DNA of 21,926 bases, from positions 17,784,651-17,806,576 of the forward strand of contig JANKJI020000001.1 of the NCBI GenBank assembly GCA_024626585.2, read 5' to 3'. This DNA is from Ginkgo biloba. Lineage: Eukaryota; Plantae; Ginkgophyta. This document shows positions 1-11,524 of the stretch, piece by piece. The notes beneath the pieces were generated by a model, which saw only the letters and a program-made list of their open reading frames with translations, was not told the DNA's origin and did no database searches. Made by a program: the position numbers and the translations under genes. Numbering within the stretch: position 1 is the first letter of the stretch; every line of letters starts with the position of its first letter.

Positions 1-499
1 GTAGGGGTTATTTATTTATAAGAAATTCCTTAATTAAAATACATGTATAAATAAATTATGATAATATGGCATATAAAAAATATAGCATAACAAACGAGAC
101 AGGGATATAATGTATTGATTGATCTCATTAAGTGGGATTCAATATTATGGACCACATGTGAAAATGCTCTCTCTTCTTCTTATGATAAGTAATGAATCTT
201 TAGATGATCTGTAAGATTGAAATACCCTTTACCCTAATGAGGCACAAAAGGATAAAATATGCTAGGATGATGCAATCATGAAGATGGACCCATATTATCT
301 TTGTGTAAAAGGGATATCTATATAGTAATGGTATATAATAAGTCTAACCATAAGGATATCATAAGGTCAACTATGTGATAAGAAAGTGGTGACAAACTAA
401 TGCCGATAATAATAATAACCACAATGTAGGTCTTATAAATTTATAATGGTTAAATGAGTGGCATGGATGGATAGTTGCTAAAAATTATGATAATAGGTC

Positions 500-640
500 T
501 ATCCTAGCAAACCATCTCTAGTGTCTTCCAAGTCCATCCTCTACCAATGTAAATCCACTATGTTCTCACACATTGAATAATCTATGAGTTTTGTGCTATA
601 TCACTAGTCCTATATGGAGAACTTTGTCACATTCCAAGTT
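500..640 (-). mobile_element. Possible chromodomain remnant of a gypsy integrase
   Basis: The minus strand gives LECDKVL...IIQC...VED(A)TW(E)D with frameshifts (gtagaggatggacttggaagac), resembling the chromovirus chromodomain ending PxEDATWE. Confidence 0.3.
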
Positions 641-899
641 TAATTACATGATTTATAATGCTCATTCTTTTTGGTAATAAAAGAAACTGCTTCATTAAGA
701 AAAGTATCAATTTATTTATATGTTTCAACATGTTATCCAAGATTATATATTATTTTATTATGATAATTTGGTTCTTTGGCATCGATATATTATCTAAGCT
801 AGTTAAAAATCACTATCATGTTGTAGTTTCTATTTTTTATTTTCAATAAAAGATATAAAGTTGGGACTTTTTCAACTCTTGATCTCAAATAATTCAATT

Positions 900-1300
900 T
901 TTAACTACTGGGGTTAGGACCTATGCAACTCTTTAAGATAACAATAGTGAGCATGGAGCATGTGCTCCTCAAATTATTGAATGGATTCCATCACTATAAA
1001 TCTTTTATGGATAAACCTAAGTCTCGCATATGGAAGGAGGCTTATTTAATGTAATTGATTTATATAGGACCTACCTTAAATGCAAAAGATGATTATTGAG
1101 ATATGTATCTTATGAAATCAATTAAAAATGAAAATTTTTATTTATTAAAGAAGGCATACATGCCATCATAGTATATTAACTTCTATTTCATTAAACATTA
1201 CATTGGCTATACGAGTAATATGATAGAATGAAACTTGCTAGAAAGAACACGTAAGTGGGGGGATTATTTGAGAAGACTACATAAATGTCGATTATAAATT
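900..1300 (+). mobile_element. Highly decayed Ty3/gypsy integrase fragment
   Basis: VRTYATL*DNNSEH resembles the end of the integrase zinc finger (VRxCxxCQRNKxEH). MDSITIN..MDKPKSR...ID resembles WDSISMDFIxxLPKS...VVD. KWGDYL resembles KWEDYL. Several frameshifts are needed. Confidence 0.45.
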
Positions 1301-1499
1301 TACCATGTGCCATTTAACTATGAGACAACTAATTATGATTCAAAACACATAGCAAGTTATGACATTCCTTGGCTATGATCATTTCATAAAATACTAATAA
1401 TTTCTTGATACTTTATTTCATTATTTATGACCAGAAAATAAAACAATTATCCTAAATGAATAATGTATTTAATTTATTAAAAATACTCTACTTCATCTT

Positions 1500-4050
1500 C
1501 TTAAAAAAAATATAGTTATCTATAGCCATTTGGAATTGCTATTGTGTAGCTCCANNNNNNNNNNNNNNNNNNNNNNNNNNNNNNNNNNNNNNNNNNNNNN
1601 NNNNNNNNNNNNNNNNNNNNNNNNNNNNNNNNNNNNNNNNNNNNNNNNNNNNNNCTTAGAGTGGAGGATAGGAATATAGTATAATGTTTTATGGACGAAA
1701 AACTAGCACCTCTATCTCCAATGTAGAGTCTTCATATATTTTGAGCAAATCCACATGGATAACACCATCAACCCCAAGATGTGAAAGTAGGTCAAGTTGG
1801 AAGGCATTATTAATAACTTGTTTAGTAATAGTGAAAGGCCATACTGTAGATATTTGACTTTAGGATGTGGTTTCTACTTAAATATCTTTATGTATAAGTA
1901 AAACCAACCTTTATTATCAACCTTGAAGGTGTGAGGTGACCTATTTTGATCTATCAACTCTTTCTTCTTGGCCTACATTTTAAGGACTGTGGCATGTAGA
2001 TAATGGAGGTGGGTGATAAAAGATTTAACTTTATAAAATATGAATAAAAATCCATATTTTAGATGAAAATATTTGAAAGGATCAAAGTTTGAACTTTTCA
2101 AATGAACAGTGGCTACCAATTATATCTAGATCTTGGTCTGGGACTAGAGATCCAAACCATCTTTCTTCTACACAAGAAATATTAGATATGCATAAGGAGA
2201 TAAACTTGTCTTGATCAAACCTTTATCTCTAATCTACTTATTTATTTCTTCATTTTGACAAATTGAGGTTTTGTTATTTAGTCCATTAGGAAAAGTGGCT
2301 CTTGGATACAGGCCAATAGGATAGTATACAAATCTAGGAGAAGGAAGACCTTTTGATTCTTGAAACACATCATGATGAGACCCTAGAAACTCAAAAAGTT
2401 CCTTACTGCATTCAAGAAATTTAATGATAGATGGATTTTCTTAAGGATAGATTAAAATAAGTGCTAGATTATAAGCTTGTTGACTCCCTTCTAATCCTTC
2501 TTACCGATCATCAATAATTCAGAAGTGTTAAAAGTATATTCTATGATATATTACTTTACATATTTATATAATTCATAAGTGTTATTAAGTGAATCATATT
2601 TATTTCTTCTTTCATACTGATATGGTTTTCATCTAAAATTAAGTTAGTGCAGTCCATGTCTATTATATCACATGTGACTTTATCAATGAAAGTAGGATCC
2701 AATGCAAATGAAAATGTGTAAGTNNNNNNNNNNNNNNNNNNNNNNNNNNNNNNNNNNNNNNNNNNNNNNNNNNNNNNNNNNNNNNNNNNNNNNNNNNNNN
2801 NNNNNNNNNNNNNNNNNNNNNNNTTTAGAATTCATTTTTTATTCCCCTTATAGTCTACTCAGGGTCGTTATGTAATTGATAATAATTGTCTCTTATCTTT
2901 GTTGATAGTTGGTTGGAATGCATACTCATTTCCTCCACAACTCTCATTGCACATTAGTAACTAATTTGGTGATTATCAATTATAGAGAACATTGCCTCCA
3001 CCTTATTTCATCTCTTTACATGTGATCTTGAAGGGATTACAAGGGAGAGAGGATTTTCCCTCTTGGAATGAAGAGCTTTGGGGATTGATGAGGAGGTGGA
3101 AGTATCCCTAGTGAAAGTCAATGGGGCTTTTTCTAGTTCAACACATTTAGTTCCAGTAGTAGATGGTTCATACTATACTAAAGGAATTATCTTATGTCCA
3201 TTGGCCTTAATAAGCTCCTACCTAGGGGTGATGATAAGAGGGGCATAGGATTTTACTTCCACTTGAGAGATCATGACCAAGGTCTCAATATGGTTTATAA
3301 AGGGTCCTACAAACTCCAAGAATTTCTCCATAGGTTCTTACTTCATGGGGAATTAGTCCCCTTTTGTTGAATTTGGCGCAGGGAGAAGTGACACTCCTTA
3401 ACAAGACCTAGGTATGCTCTCCCCTCCTACTNNNNNNNNNNNNNNNNNNNNNNNNNNNNNNNNNNNNNNNNNNNNNNNNNNNNNNNNNNNNNNNNNNNNN
3501 NNNNNNNNNNNNNNNNNNNNNNNNNNNNNNNNNNNNNNNNNNNNNNNNNNNNNNNNNNNNNNNNNATCATTGAAGATTGAGCTTCACTAGATCTTGCACT
3601 TGTTGGTGGAGTTCCTTGGATGTCCATCCCTACTAACAAAGGAAATATGACAAGTGGAGGTTGATATATGATCATTTCTATCCACTTGCTCTTTTTTTAG
3701 AGAAGTGGACTAGCCTTACTTTAACCTACCTCATTTCTTGATTTAATGAAACCAATGCACTAATTTATTAAGGAAACTCCTTAANNNNNNNNNNNNNNNN
3801 NNNNNNNNNNNNNNNNNNNNNNNNNNNNNNNNNNNNNNNAGATATTTTTTATTTTTCTTATTAAACCATTTGCTTGTTATATCACTTGAGTTGATCTCAC
3901 TTGCCTTTGGAATGTGGTATCCTTTTTCATGAAGTCCCTCACTTCAAATGAGATTAATTCTTCATACTAATACTGCAAGATGATCTTCTTGTTCTACCAC
4001 TGACTAAAATCTATGAACATTGCAAGTTATTGGTACCTATTGGACAGGNN
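1500..4050 (-). mobile_element. Degenerate, internally deleted Ty3/gypsy (chromovirus-like) LTR retrotransposon: gag remnant, retropepsin, RT N-terminus, integrase C-terminus
   Basis: Minus-strand translation: protease-like FSFALDPTFIDKVTCDIIDMDCTNLIL (~2630-2720); RT lead-in HDVFQESKGLPSPRFVYYPIGLYPRATFPNG...NEEINK*I..KGLIKTSLSPYAYLIFLV*KKDG (~2155-2380); integrase GPY/F region YG/PFTITKQVINNAFQLDLLSHLGVDGVIHVDLLKIYE (~1730-1850). The gag part (3060-4050) is only weakly recognisable, and ends are approximate. Confidence 0.8.
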
Positions 4051-4569
4051 NNNNNNNNNNNNNNNNNNNNNNNNNNNNNNNNNNNNNNNNNNNNNNNNNN
4101 NNNNNNNNNNNNNNNNNNNNNNNNNNNNNNNNNNNNNNNNNNNNNNNNCTCTTTTAATAATATGAACTATCTTATCACTTCCTTAGCTACTGGAGTATTT
4201 GTTAGGAGTATGAGATATTTCCCTCCTAGGATAATGCTAAAGGTTAAAGAGGAGATCAGGGATGGTAAGGAAAATCACCCCTATCTAGTCTCTTTCCTAG
4301 TGAGAAAGGTAAATCCAAAATAGAGGTAGAAGGGAAAAAAAAAAGGACCATTGAATACATTACGAGAGACACCCCTACGGATGTTGAAATGATCTCTCTT
4401 CATAATTGGTTCCTACCCTTAATGGAGGATGAGAATAATTCCAAATGACCGAGCATAGCTAAGGATACTAATGTTAAAGCTAAGGGGAATAATGGTATAA
4501 TAGAAGTAATGGTTGTTGAATCCATGAATACTATAAGAACTTGCCCAATTATAATACCATTAAATTCTC

Positions 4570-5240
4570 TTATTGCTCATTGAATGTTCAATGGATCTCT
4601 CCTACAAATAAGGGGTATGTTCAAGTACTCTCTTATGTCATCTATATGTGTTCCTAATTTTCTTGCTCTATAAGAGGTGAATGTTCAAGGTTTCTACCTT
4701 ATGAAAGCCATCTATACTATTGGGGTTCAATAAATTTTATTTCCACAAACCACCAAGCTAGTAGTGATGGTGGTGTAATTTATTTTCCTACCTATGTGAA
4801 GAAGACAATATTACAACATGGATGTGGCCCTAGTAACTCCATTGCGTAGCTAATTTTTTAAGTTAAATACTTTATAATTAGAGTTGTTAGTTTTTTTGGA
4901 CTAATAATGCTTTAGATATGACTTCTTTGTGGACTTGGGTGACCAATAATTTTCCTAAGGCCTCCTAGATTATTTTGGGAGACTTAAACATGGTTGAGAA
5001 CTTTGAAGAAAAATTAGAGGAGGAGCGTCCACCCTCTTAGTAGATGAGTTATCTTCTTGGCTAAATATGAAGTTGATGTTAGTTATGTATGAACTAGAAT
5101 GAAGTCAGGCCAATAATAAGGAATGGTTCACCTGATCTAATAGAGGACAAGGATCAAAGAGGATTTGGGCTCACCTTGACAAATGCTACTTTAACTTAGA
5201 CATCACCTTTAATTTATTGGGAGGTTGTGTTGAGATTCAC
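4570..5240 (+). mobile_element. LINE (L1-like) ORF2 AP-endonuclease remnant
   Basis: Motifs occur in the correct order: LLL*EVNVQGF (LQEVK-like, ~4660-4695), *IILGDLNMVE (W..GDFN, 4966-4998), WFT*SNRGQGSKRIWAHLDKCYF (FTWSN...RLDRF, ~5124-5192). Confidence 0.8.
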
Positions 5241-5678
5241 TATGAGATAAATCATATCGCCCACCTCAAAAGATCTTGGCAATCTATTCTAATCTACATA
5301 CAATTTAGCACGAGCTTATGCCTCTTAATATTCTTTCTACACTCCCTCAACTCCTCCTATCTCTGCTTAAGCATCTCCAAAGAAACTTGAGTCTTCCCCT
5401 TAAATTTCGTAAAATCCAATTCTAAAGGTATAAGAGTATCATAGCCATATGTAGCTCTAAAGGGAGTCGTACCTATAACTAAATGTTTATTGTTATCATT
5501 TGCAAACTGAACAAATGAAAGTTTCTCTTCCTAGCTAGTCTACCTAGCTACCACATGTGACCTTAAAATATCTTCCATTGTTTGTTTAACCCTCTAAATC
5601 TAACCATTTACCTGAAGATGATCGCCACTACTGAAATTTAACTAAGTAACCAAATCTTTACACACATTTGCCCAAACA
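5240..5678 (-). mobile_element. Ty3/gypsy integrase core/C-terminal fragment (decayed)
   Basis: LVT*LNFSSGDHLQVNG*I*RVKQTMEDILRSHV...LSFVQFANDNNKHLVIGTTPFRATYG...RSFEVGDMIYL matches the pattern LGTxLxFSSAYHPQTDGQTERVNQxLEDMLR...VEFAYNNSxHxxIGMTPFEALYG...FEVGDxVYL. Confidence 0.9.
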
Positions 5679-5779
5679 NNNNNNNNNNNNNNNNNNNNNN
5701 NNNNNNNNNNNNNNNNNNNNNNNNNNNNNNNNNNNNNNNNNNNNNNNNNNNNNNNNNNNNNNNNNNNNNNNNNNNNNNT

Positions 5780-6660
5780 CCAGGTACATAAAGTACATCT
5801 CTGATGTAGGTACCTTTCTTTCCATTTGGTGTCATGAAAGGTACATTACCAATACCTTCCACTTTCAACACTATGTCGTCTCCTAGTGTTACTATCATTT
5901 GGCCTTTGACTTCCCACAGTTCCTTAAACCATTCTAGCTTGCTAGTCATATGCCTAGTGGCTCTAGAGTCGATATACTAGGCATCATCCTCAAGTAATTT
6001 GAAGCCATCAGTATCTTTGCACCTTTGTCTTCTTCATCAGCTATCGGAGCTTACAAAATGTGACCTTGTTGCTTACCCTTCTACTTCTGTGACTATGATT
6101 CCTTTTGTGGTTGCTTCTATTGCCTCTGCAACAATCTATAGTCCTTCCTCAGATGCCCCATTTTCCCATAGTGCCAACACTTCAACTTATACTATCCCTG
6201 TGATCTCTCCTGCTAAACATTATGTTCAAGCATAATATATCTCTTCTTGGGAACTAAGGGATGCTTCCCCTTCATTCTAGTTGTGAATGCACTAGATGTT
6301 TCTTCACTATGGTCCTTCAACATCTACTCCTATAAAAACAAAAGTCCTTCCAAATCGTTGAATTTTAGATTTCTCAATTTTTCAAGAATGGTCAAACTCG
6401 TAATAAAGCTCTCATAGCTAGATTGTAAACTCTTCAACATGAAAGTGATTAACACAACATCCTCGACCTTCTATCTAATCATGCTTAATTGGTCTTGGAT
6501 ACCCTTCACCTACTGTAGATGTTCCATCATTGATCCTAAAAGTTTGATACTTTAAAATTGACTTCTTAGTGTCAAAGGTATGGCATCATTCTTATGCTCG
6601 AACAAGGAGGTGAACGTCGTCCATGCCTCCTTCATTATTTTGGCATCCTCGACGTCACCT
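5780..6660 (-). mobile_element. Ty1/copia gag (UBN2-like, CCHC knuckle) and aspartic protease fragment (decayed)
   Basis: AKIMKEAWTTFTSLFE...KGIQDQLSMI...MLKSLQSSYESFITSL (gag); KCWHYGKMGHLRKDY (decayed zinc knuckle, ~6137-6180); *YIDSRATRHMTSKLEWF...VTLGDD...VEGIGNV...IRDVLYVPG (copia protease WYIDSGAxxHMT...DVLYVP). Confidence 0.92.
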
Positions 6661-7117
6661 CTTCCCCCAATCTCTCGCAACTTCTCACATCCCTCCTATG
6701 ACTCTTAGCATCTGAACGTGGCCTTTGAAGTCCCTATCTGTAACCCACGTATCCTCTTGTGAGATATACGATATATCTGATATGTCCAACAGTTCCTTAA
6801 AAATGATACACAATCTGCAATGCTAATGACTCATCTGTACTCATATTTTAGGGTCACATGGCGTTAACCAACCCTCACAGACCTTTGACGACCTCAACAG
6901 TAAATAAGACAAATATACTATCCATGGTGGGGCTTTATCAAGATCTATAATTATTCATTCCACTTCGCAAACCCTCCAGTGATCTTCCAAAGTCTCATGA
7001 CTCAACTTCCTCGCACAAACCTACTATAAATCCCACAATGGTCAGACTATGGCATCTTCATGAACCATATAACAAACCAATGACTCTATCACTTGTGAGC
7101 ATCATCTCCTAAGAGAT

Positions 7118-7128
7118 GCTCTGCACCA
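7118..7128 (-). other. Possible degenerate tRNA-iMet primer-binding site of the copia element
   Basis: Minus-strand TGGTGCAGAGC versus canonical TGGTATCAGAGC, in the right orientation ~460 bp upstream of recognisable gag. No clear LTR ...CA end is adjacent. Confidence 0.25.
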
Positions 7129-7328
7129 ATTTTTTCTGATGAAACCACATTCAATAATTCTATAAGCTAATAATTCTTCATAAATTTCACAAACACCAAA
7201 AAATTCTTTAGAATAAGAATTCTCCACANNNNNNNNNNNNNNNNNNNNNNNNNNNNNNNNNNNNNNNNNNNNNNNNNNNNNNNNNNNNNNNNNNNNNNNN
7301 NNNNNNNNNNNNNNNNNNNNNNNNNNNN

Positions 7329-8650
7329 GCTTAAAACCTTACCCAAGGTCAAATGGGCCATCTAATGCTCTAAAAATGAAGCAATGGGATTAAGCATTTT
7401 TTACATCCAAGCCCAAGGAATGGCCTTAGCCAACAAATGGATTATTAGGGGATGCAACTCAGCAAATCCTAGTTCACTTTAGATTCTCCCAAGGCCTCCC
7501 ATTTAGACTTCATTCTTGGGAAGGTATTGATTTACAACACATCTTGATGGCTCTCATCTACTTTAAAATGAAAGGATCGATTGTATTTAAAGCAATACAA
7601 AAGTCTTGGGAAAAGAGAAGGATATATTTCATTGTTGGAATGGGCAAGTCCATTATAGAGTTATATGTGATCCTAACCACTCCATTTTATGGAAAGGGAT
7701 CTTTAAACATAAGGGGAAATGATTAGGAGTAGCATTCATAATTTTGGCCTGCATCTAGTTTAAAAAAATCATTAAAAAAGTAAGCATACTTGGGAACTTT
7801 GGATTAAGAAGACTATATTAATGGAATGGATTAAGGAATAAATGGAGTTTGTCCAATTCCCATGAGTCCTTATTATAAAATATAATTGCTACAATCCCTT
7901 AGGATATAAGGAGAAAATTATCAATTAGAAGCAATGCAACCTAGTGGACTAATTAGGTATGGGTTCCTAAAATACCATGCTTATGATTCATAGTTAAAAA
8001 CCTATCTTCTATGGTTAGTCCCTTTATGGGCCTATAGAGATGCAATAATAATTGGAAGCATAGTGACCCTCAACAAGCTTTATTATGAATAATCCAACTA
8101 ATGTAGGATATGAACGTTAAGGAAAAATGGAAAATCTTTTATTGGTTGTTAGTGCATGGTGGCCTCCAGACAAGGCAGTGTCTAGAGAAAATAGACATCC
8201 TTAGAAGATGCTCTTTTTTTCAAGGAGAGGAGTTAATCCTCTATCTTTTATGTTCCAAGGTTGAATCCATATTATCCTTTCATTTCTTCCAACNNNNNNN
8301 NNNNNNNNNNNNNNNNNNNNNNNNNNNGTGCACGTTTGATCAAGGATTTAATACGACTTGAAATATAATCAGAACCAAAATGATATAGGTGATTTTGAAG
8401 AAAAGGAATGAGTTGGTCTTTTATAATTCACTTCTTCATTTTGATTTATTGACTCGTTACTTTTTTCTTTTATGTGGATTTATTCTTTGGTAACTTCAAA
8501 TCCATATTGAAGTGCATGCCTAGACACAAACATTCATAAAGGAATGGTGAAAAATATTATGCAACACACTGCTCCCTAGATGGAAGAAATATCCCTTCAA
8601 AATCACCAACCCTGCATTCACAATGGATGTTGGCCTAGTCGAAGGGGCAA
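7329..8650 (+). mobile_element. LINE ORF2 C-terminal remnant (post-RT region and zf-RVT)
   Basis: VKWAI*CSKNEAMGLSIFYIQAQGMALANKWIIR (post-RT W...K..GGLG...AL..KW, ~7348-7450) and KWKIFYWLLVHGGLQTRQCL...RCSFFQGEE (zf-RVT K.K.F.W...H..L.T...L...C..C..EE, 8125-8235). The 3' end is approximate. Confidence 0.8.
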
Positions 8651-10469
8651 GGAAGAATTTTCAACAATGTATGTATGGTGGCTATCATAACTACAACTGC
8701 CCTTTTTTTTTTTAAGTACAAAATTACCCTATTTAAGAAAGATCTCTATTTCTAGAGGTATAGATGCAAGGTACTAAAGATTTCATCATCAAATTGACTA
8801 TAACTAAGGGCCTTATTATGTAATTGTAAAATCGCCAAGGCAATTCTAAAGAGAAAGAACAAAAGCCCATCCAACAGTTTACATAGATGAATGATTATGT
8901 GGATGCCATGAAATTTTTATTTATTTTTTTTATACTAATGCAGAACAATGATCTATCTAGTTATTTTGATTTGGTATTTTTGTTTGACAAATGTAGGTGG
9001 TCCTTCCACACTGTAATTTTGAAAGGCACCCTAGCTATGTATATGTATATTTTTTTAATAACCTTTGTAACTTATTGGTTACCAACATGTGGAAGGTAGG
9101 TCATGGAATTGAAACAAGAATCTCAAACCTATTTATATAAATTTTGTATACTCAATATGTGTATACATTGTTACATTGTATATACATAGACCCTACTAAT
9201 GATGCCAAAAGTACTTTGTCACTCAAAGCGCACATGCTTGTTAAGTGTGTCTCTAATCCATGGGCGACTAAGCTTCTACTCCCATTGAGCAAGCCAAGGT
9301 TGAAAAGCAATTCTCTCTTAAAAAAATCATAAAGTTAAAAAAAGAGTATATATTATTTCAATGACAAACAATATAATAAAATCTTACACTGCTCCCTACC
9401 ACTCTTCCAAAGAACACCTTTACTCTGTTTTTGGCCTTGTGTGCACAATCATGAACATGACTTTGCAATGATTTTGATCAGAATTTTTTTTTGGGTGTGT
9501 GTGTAATGTAACCATCTACATGTCTTCCATGCAGGCAAAGTTAGTTCNNNNNNNNNNNNNNNNNNNNTCCATTTGGTTGAACGTTAGTTTACAAAATACT
9601 GTTTATCAATTTGGTGTCAGATAAAGGTGGTTATGAGCTTGGACTGGGCTCTGCTTTTATAGACTGCAGTTGGCAGAAGCTGCGTATACAGTATGCAAGA
9701 TGATGTGTCATATAGCTTCAGCTTTTTAAGAAGAGTTTTTTTTTGTTTTTTTTTTAATAATTTATATATAAATATGCTCATGCTGTTGAGGAAANNNNNN
9801 NNNNNNNNNNNNNNNNNNNNNNNNNNNNNNNNNNNNNNNNNNNNNNNNNNNNNNNNNNNNNNNNNNNNNNNNNNNNNNNNNNNNNNNNNNNNNNGCTCAT
9901 GCTGTTGAGGAAAGTATTACTAGTGGGCAACAATATAATTTGAATTAAACATAGTCCATTCTGACAGTGTAAGGAAGAGAGTGTAAGCATAAGTAGTTAC
10001 AGTAAAGTTATCCCAACCAGACTACAGTCCTTGGGAAGGGTTTTTTTCAGTACAAGTGACCAAAAATGATGCTATATTTCCTCTGTGCATGCACTCCCAA
10101 CGCAAGTTCAATGGTCAGACAAGCGAAGTAATTATGTTTTTTACTATGATCGTTATTTTTATTATACGCAAGTGAAAATGATAGCTGCAGTAAGCCCACC
10201 AAAATCAATAATCACCGTCTCAGAGTCCCACTCACCTCGCCCACCTCACACGTTTGTTCACTTTTCTTACAGTATCGGGAATATGGCGGTGGGTGTTACC
10301 CCGGGTAAAAGTTCACTGGGCCATGGAGAACCCGGGTCTTGTAATAAAGGTCAAGCAACTTGGAACATATCCAGCCGTCGAAATGGGATCGTTTGTTAAC
10401 TATTGATTGACTATGTGCTCTCTATTTACCGATAGTGGGGTTCACGTAGCGGCATTACTTGCTCCCCTT

Positions 10470-10489
10470 GTGGGTCCCACTGTATATAT
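10470..10489. promoter_or_regulatory. Palindromic TCP-type site GTGGGTCCCAC next to a TATA-like TATATAT
   Basis: Matches the class I TCP consensus GGNCCCAC. It lies in a CG-retaining region with related sites (TGGGCC 10317-10322, GGCCCCAC 10924-10931). Confidence 0.4.
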
Positions 10490-11354
10490 GTACCTTCAAC
10501 TTTTTTTATTTTTTACAAAAAAAAAAGGCAGCAGTTTATATCTGCATTTTCCAAAGCGTAAGTTTACCCTTAACCTGAAGGCTGAGTTTGTAGTTTCTTT
10601 TTTTAATCTATGAGTTTTTTTTTTAATTTAATCAGGTGATGTCTTCTATGATTAATATATTTTGCCTGTTATTTGTTCCAACTACAATGCAAATATTCAA
10701 ACTATTTGGACACCGTGAAAGGTATGTGGTTCCTCCTCCCCCTTGTCTGTACTGCTTGATGCATAATTAGCGCGTTTTTTTCCACTATAGATTTGTTGGG
10801 TATTTTTTCTGAATTATATTCCAATTTCAATTTTTTTAATTGAAACGAAATGTACTAATATGTCTGCCCTAAGCGTCGAATAATAGAAATTTAGTCCATT
10901 AAAATCACTTGTAGATTGCACCCGGCCCCACTCTACCCACTTGATTGATGGAAATGAATTTTTCAAAGATGGAAGCAATGGCCGTTGGTGTGGTGTCAAT
11001 TACTGCCCCCATGATAGATCGTAAGGAGTAACTCACTATCCTATCCGCAGTTGGGCGGGCCGCAAAGTTGATTGTTGCCAAAATTCAGTCAAGAGAAATT
11101 AAACACGGAAAGGTCATATTTTCCTGGAATTGTAATGTTTTTCCCGTTAAATGAAAAAATTGTGTCATAAGCACACACAAGTATGATTTATACATTCAGA
11201 GAGTCAGAATAATACAATGAATTTTCATAAATGGACATATAATTTAGCTTGAATGCTCTGCCTTTATTTTGGAAAGTCAAAGTATCAATTTAATCGTTGT
11301 TTTTCCCAATCCTTGCACACATAAAACCCAGTTGCTCAATTCTTCCAACAAGCC

Positions 11355-11524
11355 CAAAAATGAGTAACCTTTTTTGTTCCAGGATTAGTATTGGAGTTAT
11401 ATTAATTTGCAAAAAATGAGTAACCTTTTTCATTCCAGGATTACTCCGGGAGTTATATTAATTTGCAAAAATGAGTAACCTTTTTTGTTCCAGGATTAGT
11501 CCGGGAGTTAATATTAATTTGCAA
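11355..11524. repeat. Tandem repeat, 3 copies of a 55-56 bp unit
   Basis: Unit ~CAAAAATGAGTAACCTTTTTTGTTCCAGGATTAGTCCGGGAGTTATATTAATTTG. TGAGTAACC starts at 11361, 11417 and 11472, with few differences between copies. Confidence 0.95.

Noticed and set aside
5638-5949. ORF apparently fusing copia protease to gypsy integrase sequence
   Set aside because: The join is a 100-N gap of arbitrary length, and the part beyond the gap is not in the integrase frame. There is no evidence of a real chimera.
9355-9470. Minus-strand REQ / RFYYIV fragments reminiscent of DVL/RTFL peptides
   Set aside because: The pieces are in different frames and the RRCVxMLLCW core is absent.
9776-9913. 19-bp direct repeat GCTCATGCTGTTGAGGAAA on both sides of a 100-N gap (looks like a target-site duplication)
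   Set aside because: The copies abut the gap exactly, which is typical of unmerged overlapping contig ends, an assembly artefact.
9962-9990. TGACAG...GAAGAGAGTG..AGCA resembles miR156/157
   Set aside because: It needs two insertions to match, and no complementary star arm is nearby.
10085-10399. 104-aa GTG-start ORF in the CG-rich region
   Set aside because: No recognisable domain; an open frame of this length is expected by chance in locally GC-richer DNA.
11355-11524. CRISPR-like appearance of the repeat
   Set aside because: The units are contiguous with no unique spacers, there are no cas genes, and the context is eukaryotic.
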